A DNA stretch of 64,000 nucleotides from Chloroflexota bacterium (GTDB lineage Bacteria > Chloroflexota > UBA11872 > VXOZ01): the NCBI GenBank assembly GCA_965221905.1, contig OZ244922.1, positions 2,048,001 to 2,112,000 of the forward strand, in the 5' to 3' direction. This document shows positions 39,539 through 49,713 of the stretch, piece after piece (the stretch's first letter is position 1; the number at the start of each line of letters is the position of its first letter). The notes under the pieces were generated by a model. That model saw only the letters and a program-made list of their open reading frames with translations, searched no databases and was not told the origin of the DNA. A program made the translations under genes and the position numbers.

Positions 39539-40756
39539 CTAAATGTCATAGCCACGCTCGCCGTGAAAGGCGAGGTCGAGTCCTTGCTCCTCGTCTTGGG
39601 CAGAAACTCGTATCCCACCAGTAAGCATACCTGTAACTTTCACGATAATGAAAGTGAGGACAGCCGCCCATGCTATGACTACAACCACGCCAAGTGCCTG
39701 CACGCCTAGTTGTGCAATAATCGTGCCGCTGGCAACCAAGAGACCGCCACCGCCAAACGCAGCGACCGCTTAGACTGATACCAGCAGCGTGCCGAGTATG
39801 CCCCCCACGCCGTGCACTGCAAAGACGTCAAGCGAGTCGTCGATCTTCAATCTTTCTTTAACTATACCAACTGCGAAGAAACACACTAAACCCGCAAGCG
39901 CGCCCAGGATCACGCCGCCAATCGGTCCAACGAACCCAGAAGCGGGAGTGACTGTTGCTAGGCCCGCAATCGCGCCCGTGACGGCGCCTACCAGAGAAGG
40001 CTTACCCAGCTTGATCCACTCGATTGCCGACCACACGATCACAGCGCTAGCGGCTGCAAGATGGGTCGCGGTGATAGCCATGCCTGCGCCGCCATCAGCC
40101 ATCAGTTGGCTGCCCCCGTTGAATCCGAACCAGCCCACCCAGAGCATCGCGGCTCCCGCTGCGGTCATGCCGGGATTGTGCGGAGGTTGGAGTTGGTCGG
40201 GAAAACCGATCCGTCTGCCGAGTAGAGCGGCGATGACCAAGGCCGATATACCGGCGGTCGTATGAACCACCAGGCCGCCTGCAAAGTCCATTACGCCAAG
40301 CTCGCCCAGCCAACCACCACCCCAAACCCAATGACAAACCGGCGCATAAACGAGGATGAGCCAAGCACTGCTCAGGATTAGCATCGAAGAGAATTTGATG
40401 CGCTCCACATAGGCGCCCACGATTAGCGCCGGAGTAATGATGGCGAAAGTCATCTGAAAGATTGCGAATACGATTGCCGGGATCGAGCCCCTCATCATAT
40501 CCGCTGCCATACCAGCGAAGAAGACTCTATTAAAGCCGCCGACAATGCCGCCTAGGCTGTCGCCAAAAGACAGGCTGTAGCCCACAACCAACCAAAGTAT
40601 GCTGACCACAGCGGCAATGGAAAAACAGTGCATCATCACGGACAGTACCGACCTGGAACGCACCAAGCCCGCGTAGAACATTGCCAAACCCGGCAGTGTC
40701 ATGAACAAGACGAGAGCAGTAGACATTAGAATCCATGCAGTGTCGCCGGAGTTCAT
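39539..40756 (-). pseudogene. amtB: AmtB-type ammonium transporter with in-frame TAA at 39770-39772
   Basis: 'SGDTAWIL', 'FQMTFA', 'DFAGGLVVH', 'GWFGFN', 'DDSLDVFAVHG'; frame continues past TAA to 'EEQGLDLAFHGERGY'. Confidence 0.9.
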
Positions 40757-41633
40757 GTGATTCTCCCTTGGGACATTTTACCGTTGGGGTAGAATGGTTG
40801 AAAGAGGTCGACCATACAAAATTTGGATGCTGAGAACATCGAGACAAGCAACCAAATAAACGCGACACTACCCTACCAACTACGGCTGCGTCTGTCAAGA
40901 ATAGCTTCGAGAAAGGGAGCGCGCTGCTAGACCTAATTCGGCACTCTCACGTTGCGATTGTTCTGAAGTCAACGAACGCCCTAGGTCAAGCGTCAGTAAG
41001 CCAGCATGGGTGCAGTCATTCGAGGGACCTATGCCCCAATGCTTCCCACGATCTTGCTCTCCTCTAACGATCTGTAGACGACCTAGCGCTGTGCGCGCTA
41101 AGCTACCACGCTGCAGAGCTTTGGGGTGGGTTTTGGGCACAAAGTGGAGACAATGAGTCTGAGGCGCACCGGGCCCAGAGCAGTTTGGAAGATAGTGAGG
41201 GCGGACCTCCCACAGTATGACCTCTAGCGCGTACTAGCGCTTGACACGAGGGCGGAATTAGCCGGAGGTGCTCGTAACTTTGTCAGCCCGGCAGTTTACG
41301 CCCGGCGTAGTGGGAGGGACTAGCTATGTGGACCGCTAGGAAGTCCAACAATGGGACATAGGGGTGCTTTCGAGGGGGATCGCTCTGCCCGGATACAGGC
41401 TTGAATTGAATGGGCTCTTGGCGCCGGCAGGCAGAATTAGACCAGCCATCTCAAATTTCTAGGAAGTCTCTTGTAGAGTTAACTCGCTGTGCGTTCTTCA
41501 CGCACCCAGTGGCGATATCGGCAAGGGGAGCGACATTTGCACTGATACAAAAATGCGCACAGTGCTCCCTGTCCTCTCTCGAAGGAACAGTTCTCATCTG
41601 CTGCGAGCATCTCCAACTTTGACCAAACTGGGA

Positions 41634-42485
41634 CTAGCGCGGCGACCGCTGGCATTCTGCCATGTACATATTGGTTTCTTCGTTGAGCAGCGGGTGATTC
41701 AGGGCCTCGTTGCCACTATCGTATACATGAGAGGGCGGGACTCGATAATCCATGAAAGCATGGCACAACCGACCCCAACTCCCGTCGATATCTCCTTCAA
41801 CGTAGAATCCGTGCCAGGGCGCATCAGAAATAGGGTTAGAGGAGGAAGGCTCTGGAGTGGGAGTGGGGTCGAGAGCAGACCCCACTCGGATATCAGCCTG
41901 TCTGGATTGTTGAGATTGGGACGTAGTCCCGGGCGGCCGCTCAGGTCCAAGGCCGCAATTGTGCTCATACACCCAACGTGCCGCGGCGTGCGACCCCCAG
42001 GTACTCACGAAAAGGTCCTGCACGTGAGCAGGCTGATCGGTAAGTATCGTTCCGTCCCGCGCCTCCAGCGCGCCGGTGTACTCTGTGTATGGGCACTGGT
42101 CGGAAATAGAAGGAGTCTGCGGCGCATAGCCAGAACCAAGCGTGCAGTTGTGCTCGAATACCCAACGCGCAGCCGCGTCCTCTCCCCAAGTATTCGCGAA
42201 GAGTTCTCGCACGTCGGCGGTCTGATCGGATAGCCGCTTGCCGTCTCGGGCCACGATTGCACCCGTGTAGGCTGCTGGTGTACAATAATCTACCGGCGAG
42301 GCAAAGGCAGTGTTTATGTGCCAGGTACCGGCGGCTACCACTGCCAATAGCCCGATCGAGAACGCGACGACGATAGCAAAGCCGGATGGGCCGGTGACCG
42401 ATCGCCGCACGCTACGCAGCCAGTGCGAAAAACACACTGTTAGTGCTAGGGTCACGTACACTTTGTTCACGTGCAGCCTCCTCAT
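41634..42485 (-). CDS. Hypothetical secreted protein with two Cys-bounded 42-aa repeats; start uncertain
   Basis: Hydrophobic signal ending 'AFA'; repeats at 42144-42269 and 41955-42080. Confidence 0.7.
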   Translation of the reverse strand: MRRLHVNKVYVTLALTVCFSHWLRSVRRSVTGPSGFAIVVAFSIGLLAVVAAGTWHINTAFASPVDYCTPAAYTGAIVARDGKRLSDQTADVRELFANTWGEDAAARWVFEHNCTLGSGYAPQTPSISDQCPYTEYTGALEARDGTILTDQPAHVQDLFVSTWGSHAAARWVYEHNCGLGPERPPGTTSQSQQSRQADIRVGSALDPTPTPEPSSSNPISDAPWHGFYVEGDIDGSWGRLCHAFMDYRVPPSHVYDSGNEALNHPLLNEETNMYMAECQRSPR

Positions 42486-42806
42486 TCGCTATTTAGAGCT
42501 ACGATTGCCGTAGTGGGGAATCCAGCAAGAAAATTGGATGAATCGTCAGCAGACGGTGTATGGGGGAAGGGCGAATCGGTCCGATTACAGAATGGAAATA
42601 GAAAAGTAGGCAGAATACCAGTTAAGCGTGAAGATGCTTACGGTCATAAAGGGAAAGAAATCGTCAAAGAATGGCACCGAGGATGGCACCACAAAGAAAA
42701 CACTGATCTGGATTGGAATTTCTAAAGGGAGATCCTATAATGCCAGACAACGAAAAATAAGTCAAATTTGGTCTTGCAATCTCGTCTAATTCGTGGGAAT
42801 ACTCAT

Positions 42807-43226
42807 ATGCCATACGCCGAATGGATACTACTTATTTGCGCTGTTTTGTTCGCTCTGCGCGTAATCGGGCAGGTGAACGTTGCGCTATATGCCCCACGGT
42901 GGTTGCCGGCGATGGAACATTGGTATTCGGGGCTGATGCCATACCGCTACCTGCTGCCGGCACAACTGTTCCTGCTGGCGCTCATGGTTCTCATCGTTGC
43001 CGACGTGTTTCGGGGCGATGGATTCTTTGTCGCGGGCGGTTGGGGATCCGTGGCCACGCCTCTAAGGCTTGCAGCAGTGATGTATTTCTCTTCCATGGCT
43101 GTGCGTTACGTGCTGACCATGACCTTTAGACCGGAAAGAAGGTGGTTCAAACGCACCATCCCAATCTGGTTTCACATGGTGTTGGCAACAGCCCTATGGA
43201 CGTTTGGCAACTATCACAGTCCGTAA
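42807..43226 (+). CDS. Hypothetical integral membrane protein
   Basis: Four hydrophobic segments; 'PAMEHWYSGLMPY', 'IPIWFHMVLA'. Confidence 0.7.
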   Translation: MPYAEWILLICAVLFALRVIGQVNVALYAPRWLPAMEHWYSGLMPYRYLLPAQLFLLALMVLIVADVFRGDGFFVAGGWGSVATPLRLAAVMYFSSMAVRYVLTMTFRPERRWFKRTIPIWFHMVLATALWTFGNYHSP

Positions 43227-44347
43227 CTCGCGTCGATCAGCCGCGCTATGCGCTTTGCATCTATGGCAATGTTGTACAAGCCGCCTCTACCGTCATAGTT
43301 GTGCCCTACAAAGTAGAGACTTGGGAGCTCCAGGCTCCGCACGCGGTCCCGTCGTTTGGCGAAGCCGCAATCGTCTCTGGCACTGAAGGCCCCCATCCAA
43401 TCTATTGCCGAGCGGTAGCCGGTTGCTAGTATCACGGAGTCAAAGTCACGTTGAGCCCCGTCGGTGAAGGCCGCTCCCTGCGGCGTAAAGCACTTTATGC
43501 CTGGTAGGAGCGCTATAGATTCAGACCGCACCGCATTTGCTAGCTTCATTCCGATCAGTGGAACGTCCGGGCAGTTGCTGAAACCTGTCTTGCGCGGAAT
43601 TGGGTTGCCGCCCCGGACAGCCGCACCCACCAATCCGAATAGTCTGGTCAGGCGTTGCTGCAGACGCCGGGGCATCCAGGAAATTGCCCACCCCAGATAT
43701 TGGCTTGGAAGCCCTGCGATGCTCCTGGGCACGGTATTCGCCCCGGACCTGACAGACACGGCCACTCTTGCCCCAATGCCTGCTAGCTCCACCGCAATCT
43801 CTGCGCCGGAATTCCCAATGCCAACTACCAACACGCGTTGGGCGGCAAAGTTCTCAGGCTCTCTGTATGCTGAACTGTGGAATAGGTTCCCCTTGTACGT
43901 TTCTGCACCTTCAATGTCCGGTACCACCGGAGATGACATGATCCCGGTCGCCACCACTACGGCGGGCGCCGCAAGTGGACCTTCATTGGTTTCAATCCGC
44001 CAGTTAGTCCCGTCCCGCTCGAGCGCCTTCACCTCGACGCCAAGGCGCATTGGGAAGTGGAATCGCTCTGCATAGCTTGCCATGTAGCTCATAAACTCGG
44101 CGCGCGAGGGGAAGAGACTCGTGCCTCTAGGGAATGGCATCCCAGGCAGTGCGCTGAGGTGTCTGCCGGTATGTAAGCAGAGGCTTTTATACGTCTGCCC
44201 CCACATCCAACCTGGGTAAGCGCCCTTCTCAAGGATTATATTGGGTACGCCCCGCGCACCCAATTGTTGCGAAACGGCAAGTCCACCCGGCCCCCCGCCA
44301 ACAATCACGACGTGCGGAGGCGGCGCTGTTTGGGTTGAAGCTGTCAC
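43214..44347 (-). CDS. Flavin-containing monooxygenase (class B, YUCCA/CzcO-like)
   Basis: GGGPGG FAD motif, 'YKGNLFHSSAY' FMO fingerprint, GIGNSG NADPH motif, 'ATGY'. Confidence 0.9.
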   Translation of the reverse strand: MTASTQTAPPPHVVIVGGGPGGLAVSQQLGARGVPNIILEKGAYPGWMWGQTYKSLCLHTGRHLSALPGMPFPRGTSLFPSRAEFMSYMASYAERFHFPMRLGVEVKALERDGTNWRIETNEGPLAAPAVVVATGIMSSPVVPDIEGAETYKGNLFHSSAYREPENFAAQRVLVVGIGNSGAEIAVELAGIGARVAVSVRSGANTVPRSIAGLPSQYLGWAISWMPRRLQQRLTRLFGLVGAAVRGGNPIPRKTGFSNCPDVPLIGMKLANAVRSESIALLPGIKCFTPQGAAFTDGAQRDFDSVILATGYRSAIDWMGAFSARDDCGFAKRRDRVRSLELPSLYFVGHNYDGRGGLYNIAIDAKRIARLIDASYGL

Positions 44348-44597
44348 GATCTGAACCTCTATACCTTCGAAACTCTAGTTTTCTCAATACGGCCATAGTC
44401 GGGTATAAAACGCGCTGCCGCAACCTTGTTCAGGTCAAGGAATATGATGCGTTCTCCTGTGGAGCAACCGGATCGATCCAAGTGCATGCCGCTAAGCCTA
44501 AGGTCATCTAAAGTAGTACACTACGGAAGGCCGCAAGGCATGTAATTCATGCCTTTTACACGAATTGACGAGCAGGCAATTTCCAGTCAGGGGTCGT

Positions 44598-45467
44598 ATG
44601 CGTATCCTAATTACGGGTGGCAACGGACAACTGGCGTACGACTTGACGCGTACGCTGACAGTACATGAGGTGCATGCTCTGCCTCGCCGGGAACTGGACA
44701 TCTGCAACCCTGCACAGGCGGCTGCCGTCGTTCGTGCCATAGGGCCGGATGTGCTCATAAACACGGCTGCTTTCCACCGCGTAGACGATTGTGAGATACA
44801 GCAGGAGCCTGCTTTTGCCACCAATGCCCTTGCCGTGCGGCATCTTGCCCAACTCTGTAGAGAGTTGGACGCCCAGTTCGTCCATTTTAGTACGGACTAC
44901 GTGTTCGGCGGCCAAGCAAAGCGCGACCCGTTGACCGAAGGTGATGCGCCCGCCCCGCTCTCAGTATACGGAACATCCAAGCTGGCCGGGGAGTACCTTG
45001 CACTGCTGACGTGGCATAGAGCGGTAACTATCCGCACGTGCGGGCTCTACGGCGTTGCCGGCACAAGCGGCAAGGGCGGTAACTTTGTCCGAACAATGCT
45101 TCGCAAAGCTAGTGAAGGGGCGGCACTCCGGGTGGTCGACGACCAAGTGTGTACACCCACGTCCACCAAGGACTTGGCAGAGAAAATAGCATGGCTCATC
45201 ACCCAAGATATTTCCGGCGTCGTGCACATCACGAATGCCGGTTCCTGCACGTGGTATGAATTCGCCAAAGCAATCTTTGAACTGGCCGGTGTGGAGGCAA
45301 GCCTTTCACCAACTACGTCACAGGAGTACGCCACTCCCGCGACGCGCCCGCCCTACTCGGTCCTCTCAAATGAACGGCTCGCTGCCCTCAACCGCAACGA
45401 CCTTCGAACCTGGCGGGAAGCGCTAGCCGACTACCTAGAGGAAGCGAACAGAGGGACTAAAGACTGA
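44598..45467 (+). CDS. rfbD: dTDP-4-dehydrorhamnose reductase
   Basis: 'ITGGNGQL', 'STDYVF', 'YGTSKLAGE', 'VDDQVCTPT', 'RPPYSVL'. Confidence 0.93.
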   Translation: MRILITGGNGQLAYDLTRTLTVHEVHALPRRELDICNPAQAAAVVRAIGPDVLINTAAFHRVDDCEIQQEPAFATNALAVRHLAQLCRELDAQFVHFSTDYVFGGQAKRDPLTEGDAPAPLSVYGTSKLAGEYLALLTWHRAVTIRTCGLYGVAGTSGKGGNFVRTMLRKASEGAALRVVDDQVCTPTSTKDLAEKIAWLITQDISGVVHITNAGSCTWYEFAKAIFELAGVEASLSPTTSQEYATPATRPPYSVLSNERLAALNRNDLRTWREALADYLEEANRGTKD

Positions 45468-45823
45468 CGGCGTCTGGCAGTGCAGCAGGCTCTTGTGAAC
45501 AAATGCACTGTGATGGAGTTGCCTCGTCCACGTTCGTGGGGCGAATTGCACAGTCTGACGGTGACAAGGGACTTACCCAAGTCCTTCTCTCCCATCCCGC
45601 AGCCCGGCGCGGGTCGCCTCGAAGTGCCTCTCGACCTGACCTCCCAACAGCATGCTGCCTATCACAACGAGCCAAGAATACAAACGCGCTCCCGTAAACA
45701 CAATCAAGAGCGATTGCCTGGAAAGAACAAGCTATGCCCTGGCAGCGGCCCGCAGCATTAGAATTCTTCAAGAGTATCGACGCCAAGCGCTTCTCTGTGT
45801 GCCACCTACCAAGCGTATCTTGC

Positions 45824-46288
45824 CTAGAGTCTAGGTAGTCTTCCTAAGGACTCCGTGAACGCCTGAAACACCATAATTGGAATCGAAAACAAGCCCAGCA
45901 TCCAACCAAGGAAAAGGCCGTTGCGAAAGTTGAGCGTCTGTGTTCCTTCCTTCATGGAGAGAGCGAGCGCAATAGGCAAGAATGAAAAGAACAAGCCGCC
46001 GATGAAAATGAACAGAGCGTAGTCCCCAGCAGACTCACCGATGAGGCGATCCAGGTTCAGGAGCGGCCGAGTTGGCTGGGTAAACCGATCGAGTTGCGGT
46101 ATGACGTTCAGCAATAAGATACCTAGCGACCAGAGCCACGTCGTCGAACCCGCTGCACTACACATGGCGCCAGCTATGAAGCCGACCATAAATCCTAGCG
46201 GGTCGCTCTCTTCGATCTGCTGCTCCGGTCGATGCTCGGGCAGTCTCTGGGGGCCCCTGTCCGTATCTTCCATTGCACTTGCTACCAT
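45824..46288 (-). CDS. Hypothetical membrane protein
   Basis: Several hydrophobic helices; fills the gap between divergent genes. Confidence 0.55.
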   Translation of the reverse strand: MVASAMEDTDRGPQRLPEHRPEQQIEESDPLGFMVGFIAGAMCSAAGSTTWLWSLGILLLNVIPQLDRFTQPTRPLLNLDRLIGESAGDYALFIFIGGLFFSFLPIALALSMKEGTQTLNFRNGLFLGWMLGLFSIPIMVFQAFTESLGRLPRL

Positions 46289-46427
46289 TTGGGTGACAGG
46301 CTCGTCCGATACCGTTATTGTACCGCCGCCATAGCACCTGCGTCTAAGTCTAATTACCGGGCAAGTGTGATGGTATACTGATTGCTACTAACGGCCCGCC
46401 TTCGCAGCTTCTTTTCTGGCTTGGATA

Positions 46428-47522
46428 ATGCAACCGACCACGAGCACACTCTTGCTTGTCCTATTCTCCGCTACGGTAGTCGCCTTGCTTCTGACTGACG
46501 CTGTGCGGCGAATTGCGTTCCGGCTGCAATGGTTGGACATACCAGGGATAGGGAGAGTACACGCTAAGCCGGTGCCGCGCATCGGCGGTCTCGCCATCTT
46601 CGCGGCCTTCACGGGAACTTTTCTCGTTGCAATATGGTTGTTGGAAGACCTCACGTTTGATACTAAGTATCTCGGCTTACTCTTGGGCGCCGGCCTCATC
46701 ACGCTCGTGATGTTCATTGACGATGTCCGGGGGTTGCCTCCGCTTCCCAAGTTTGTCGCGCAAATCGTTGCGGCCGGCATAGCCATTTCATTCGGCATCT
46801 TCATTGAATTCGTGCGCGACCCCTTCGGCGGTAGTGTTTCCTTTCCTGGCTGGCTCGCCGAGTCCATGGAAGGCCATATCCACTTTCCGTTTTGGCTCTC
46901 GGTGATCATCACGTTGTTTTGGATCGTCGGCATGATGAATGCCATTAACTTCGTAGACGGGTATGACGGCTTGGCCGGTGGCCTCTCGTTCATTGGCGCT
47001 GGCGTACTCTTCTTTCTCAGCATTTCGCTGCAGCAGTTTAGCATTGCTTTTCTCCCGCTCATCCTCGCCGGTGCGATTCTCGGCTTTCTCCCCTTCAACG
47101 TGTACCGCGCACGCATCATCATGGGGGATAGCGGCTCCCACTTCTTAGGCTTTGCTCTAGGGACGATTGCTATCACTGGCGGCGCGAAGCTCGCCACTAC
47201 CTTGCTTATCTTTGGGGTACCGGCCATTGACGTGGCCTGGTCGATCATTCGGCGCACCTTACAGGGAGGACGCTTCTACCACCGGGATACAAGCCACTTG
47301 CATCATCGCCTTTCGGAACTTGGTCTGCCGCCGTTAGGCATCGCGTTTGTCTACTGGTCGTTGTCCGCAGCTTTTGGCACCATCGCCCTGCTGCTGCCGA
47401 CACCACTGCAAAAGGTCTATGCGCTTGGCATTCTTGGTGTCATAGTTATCGCTTTGCTCGTCGTGCTCGCACGCGGCGGCAAGACAAGAGAAAACTCTCA
47501 GGAACCCGATCGAGGGAAGTAG
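46428..47522 (+). CDS. WecA/TagO-like undecaprenyl-phosphate GlcNAc-1-phosphate transferase (MraY family)
   Basis: 'PRIGG', 'FIDD', 'NAINFVDGYDG', 'IMGDSGS', 'HLHHRL'. Confidence 0.92.
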   Translation: MQPTTSTLLLVLFSATVVALLLTDAVRRIAFRLQWLDIPGIGRVHAKPVPRIGGLAIFAAFTGTFLVAIWLLEDLTFDTKYLGLLLGAGLITLVMFIDDVRGLPPLPKFVAQIVAAGIAISFGIFIEFVRDPFGGSVSFPGWLAESMEGHIHFPFWLSVIITLFWIVGMMNAINFVDGYDGLAGGLSFIGAGVLFFLSISLQQFSIAFLPLILAGAILGFLPFNVYRARIIMGDSGSHFLGFALGTIAITGGAKLATTLLIFGVPAIDVAWSIIRRTLQGGRFYHRDTSHLHHRLSELGLPPLGIAFVYWSLSAAFGTIALLLPTPLQKVYALGILGVIVIALLVVLARGGKTRENSQEPDRGK

Positions 47523-47524
47523 GC

Positions 47525-48508
47525 ATGCGCTACCGGGTGCTCGTTACCGACTACGTTTGGCCTACTCTGGATAGAGAGCGAGCCATTCTCGAACCGCTTG
47601 GCGTGGAGTTGGTCCCGTCGCCCAGCGGCGATGAAGAGACCCTGGTGCAGCTTGCCGCTGGCGTAGACGGCATAATGACGTGCTTTGCCAGCGTAACCCC
47701 GGCAGTGGTGCGCGCCTCCAATAAACTTAGAGTCATTGCGCGCTACGGCATCGGCGTCGACAATATCGCTGTGGACGTCGCTACGAGCCGTGACGCGGTT
47801 GTCACGAATGTGCCTGACTACTGTGTTGAAGAAGTGGCGGAACATGCGCTGGCGTTGCTCTTTGCCAGCGCCCGCAAACTCGCGCGCTATGATCGAGAAG
47901 TGCGCAATGACAACTGGAATAGCAAAGTTGGCATGCCGCTCTATCGTATTCAAGGCAAGACTTTGGGAGTAGTCGGCTTTGGGCAAATCGGCAGAGAGGT
48001 GGCCGCAAAAGCGCAAGCCCTGGGCCTGCACGTCATCGCCCACAGCCCTCGCCTGACACCCGCAGAAGCTCATGTGGCAGGCTGTAGGGCGGTTGACTTG
48101 CCCGATCTTCTGCAAACAGCAGACTTTGTCAGCTTGCACTTGCCGCTGAACCCCCAAACGATACACATGTTCGACCGGGAACAGTTCGATTTGATGAAGC
48201 CCGGTGCAATCTTCATCAATACATCACGCGGCGGTTTGGTTGACAGCGCCGCCCTTGCCGGGGCACTTGCATCCGGACGGGTTGCCGCTGCCGGTATCGA
48301 CGTGCTGCCCCAAGAGCCGCCGGCTGCCGGCGATTCACTCCTCAGTCAGGAGAATCTCATCATTACCCCCCACGTCGCGTTCTACAGCGAGGAATCGCTC
48401 GCGGCACTCCAAAGCCGGACGGCACATGCAGTTGCACGGGTACTGCAGGCACAAATGCCGGAAAGTGTCGTCAATTCGGAGGTTTTGGAACGAGTGGTAC
48501 TGCGGTAA
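47525..48508 (+). CDS. D-2-hydroxyacid dehydrogenase (CtBP-like)
   Basis: 'RYGIGVDNI', 'NVPDYCVEEVAEH', GFGQIG, 'NTSRG', 'TPHVAFYS'. Confidence 0.92.
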   Translation: MRYRVLVTDYVWPTLDRERAILEPLGVELVPSPSGDEETLVQLAAGVDGIMTCFASVTPAVVRASNKLRVIARYGIGVDNIAVDVATSRDAVVTNVPDYCVEEVAEHALALLFASARKLARYDREVRNDNWNSKVGMPLYRIQGKTLGVVGFGQIGREVAAKAQALGLHVIAHSPRLTPAEAHVAGCRAVDLPDLLQTADFVSLHLPLNPQTIHMFDREQFDLMKPGAIFINTSRGGLVDSAALAGALASGRVAAAGIDVLPQEPPAAGDSLLSQENLIITPHVAFYSEESLAALQSRTAHAVARVLQAQMPESVVNSEVLERVVLR

Positions 48509-48544
48509 TTTGGAAAATCATGAGTCTTGTGAGGAGAATGAGGA

Positions 48545-49387
48545 ATGGCGATGTATGACTTTGCGGGACGAGTAGCCATTGTTACCGGCGGGGCCTCGGG
48601 AATCGGCGGGGCTACTGCCAGGCGGCTGGCCGCCGACGGCGCCAAGGTTCTTGTCGCTGACATCAACGAGGCGGCGGCTCAAGAGAGTGCGTCGAGGATC
48701 CGTGATGCGGGCGGCGAGGCCGATGTAGCGGTAACGGACGTGAGCAGTTCCGCGGACATTATCGCGATGATCGACCGCGGCGTGGAGCTTTGGGGACGGT
48801 TGGACATTCTGGTGAATAACGCCTATTCACCGACCGCAGCCAATGACACCAGTGCTCTCGAAACTACGGAAGAAGCTTGGGATACCGGCATGGCAATTCT
48901 CGCCAAAGCGATTTTCCTGGCCAGCAAGCACGCCATACCGCATATGGAGCAGAGCGGCGGCGGAAGTATTATAAACATGTCGTCCGTGCATGGGCTGCTC
49001 CAGTCTCCCGGCTTTCTCGTCTACGAAGCAGGCAAGAGCGCAGTGATCGGCATGACCCGCCAAATGGCGATTGACTTCGGGCCCCGCGGTATTCGTGTGA
49101 ACGCAATTTGCCCCGGCCATATTGTGACCGAACAAATTCAAGCCCGCATGTGGCAGGAGAATCCCAGCGGCTATGCCTTCTTCGAAGAACAGTACCCATT
49201 GCGGCGTTGCGGCAAGCCTGAGGAGATCGCCAACGCCATTGCGTTTCTCTGCTCAGAGCAAGCAAGTTTCATAACCGGCCATTCGTTGGTGGTCGATGGC
49301 GGCCTGACCATTCAATTGCAGGAAAACTTGGGTGTGCGGCTTGCGCAATTTGTGCAAAAGAATCCTGAGACAGACCTCCCCTACTAA
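48545..49387 (+). CDS. Short-chain dehydrogenase/reductase
   Basis: TGGASGIG, NNA, YEAGK catalytic motif, 'RVNAICPG'. Confidence 0.93.
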   Translation: MAMYDFAGRVAIVTGGASGIGGATARRLAADGAKVLVADINEAAAQESASRIRDAGGEADVAVTDVSSSADIIAMIDRGVELWGRLDILVNNAYSPTAANDTSALETTEEAWDTGMAILAKAIFLASKHAIPHMEQSGGGSIINMSSVHGLLQSPGFLVYEAGKSAVIGMTRQMAIDFGPRGIRVNAICPGHIVTEQIQARMWQENPSGYAFFEEQYPLRRCGKPEEIANAIAFLCSEQASFITGHSLVVDGGLTIQLQENLGVRLAQFVQKNPETDLPY

Positions 49388-49713
49388 ATGCCAAGCCTAA
49401 GCTAAGGCTAGCAGTCGAGGATGACCACAGTGGTCGCGGCAATTGGTTGAGGACAGCGCCGAGTCCAGAGAATGCTTGCGCCGACTAATGTGTTGCTTGA
49501 CTGTGGCTCGAAGAGGGTCATACGTATCGCCAAATTGTGGGCAGTGTCACTCTCGGCTCAGCACATGCAGACCGGCGTACTCAGTTTGCCGCTCCCAATG
49601 AGTGTTTGCCAGGTTGGAGCCAACGTCCGATGGACGTCGACAGCTTTGTTCTGGGAAACCTTTGCAGCGGGTAAAGAAGACCGACGTGTTACGTCTCTGA
49701 GAAATGCCGCCCA

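Noticed and set aside
16345-39772. TAA recoding or alternative genetic code suggested by two in-frame TAAs
   Set aside because: Several intact genes (atpE, atpA, atpD, SDR) end in TAA at the expected positions.
41284-41312. IS200/IS605-like end (GCCCGGCAGTTTACGCCCGGCGTAGT)
   Set aside because: Poor hairpin pairing and no transposase or tnpB remnant recognisable nearby.
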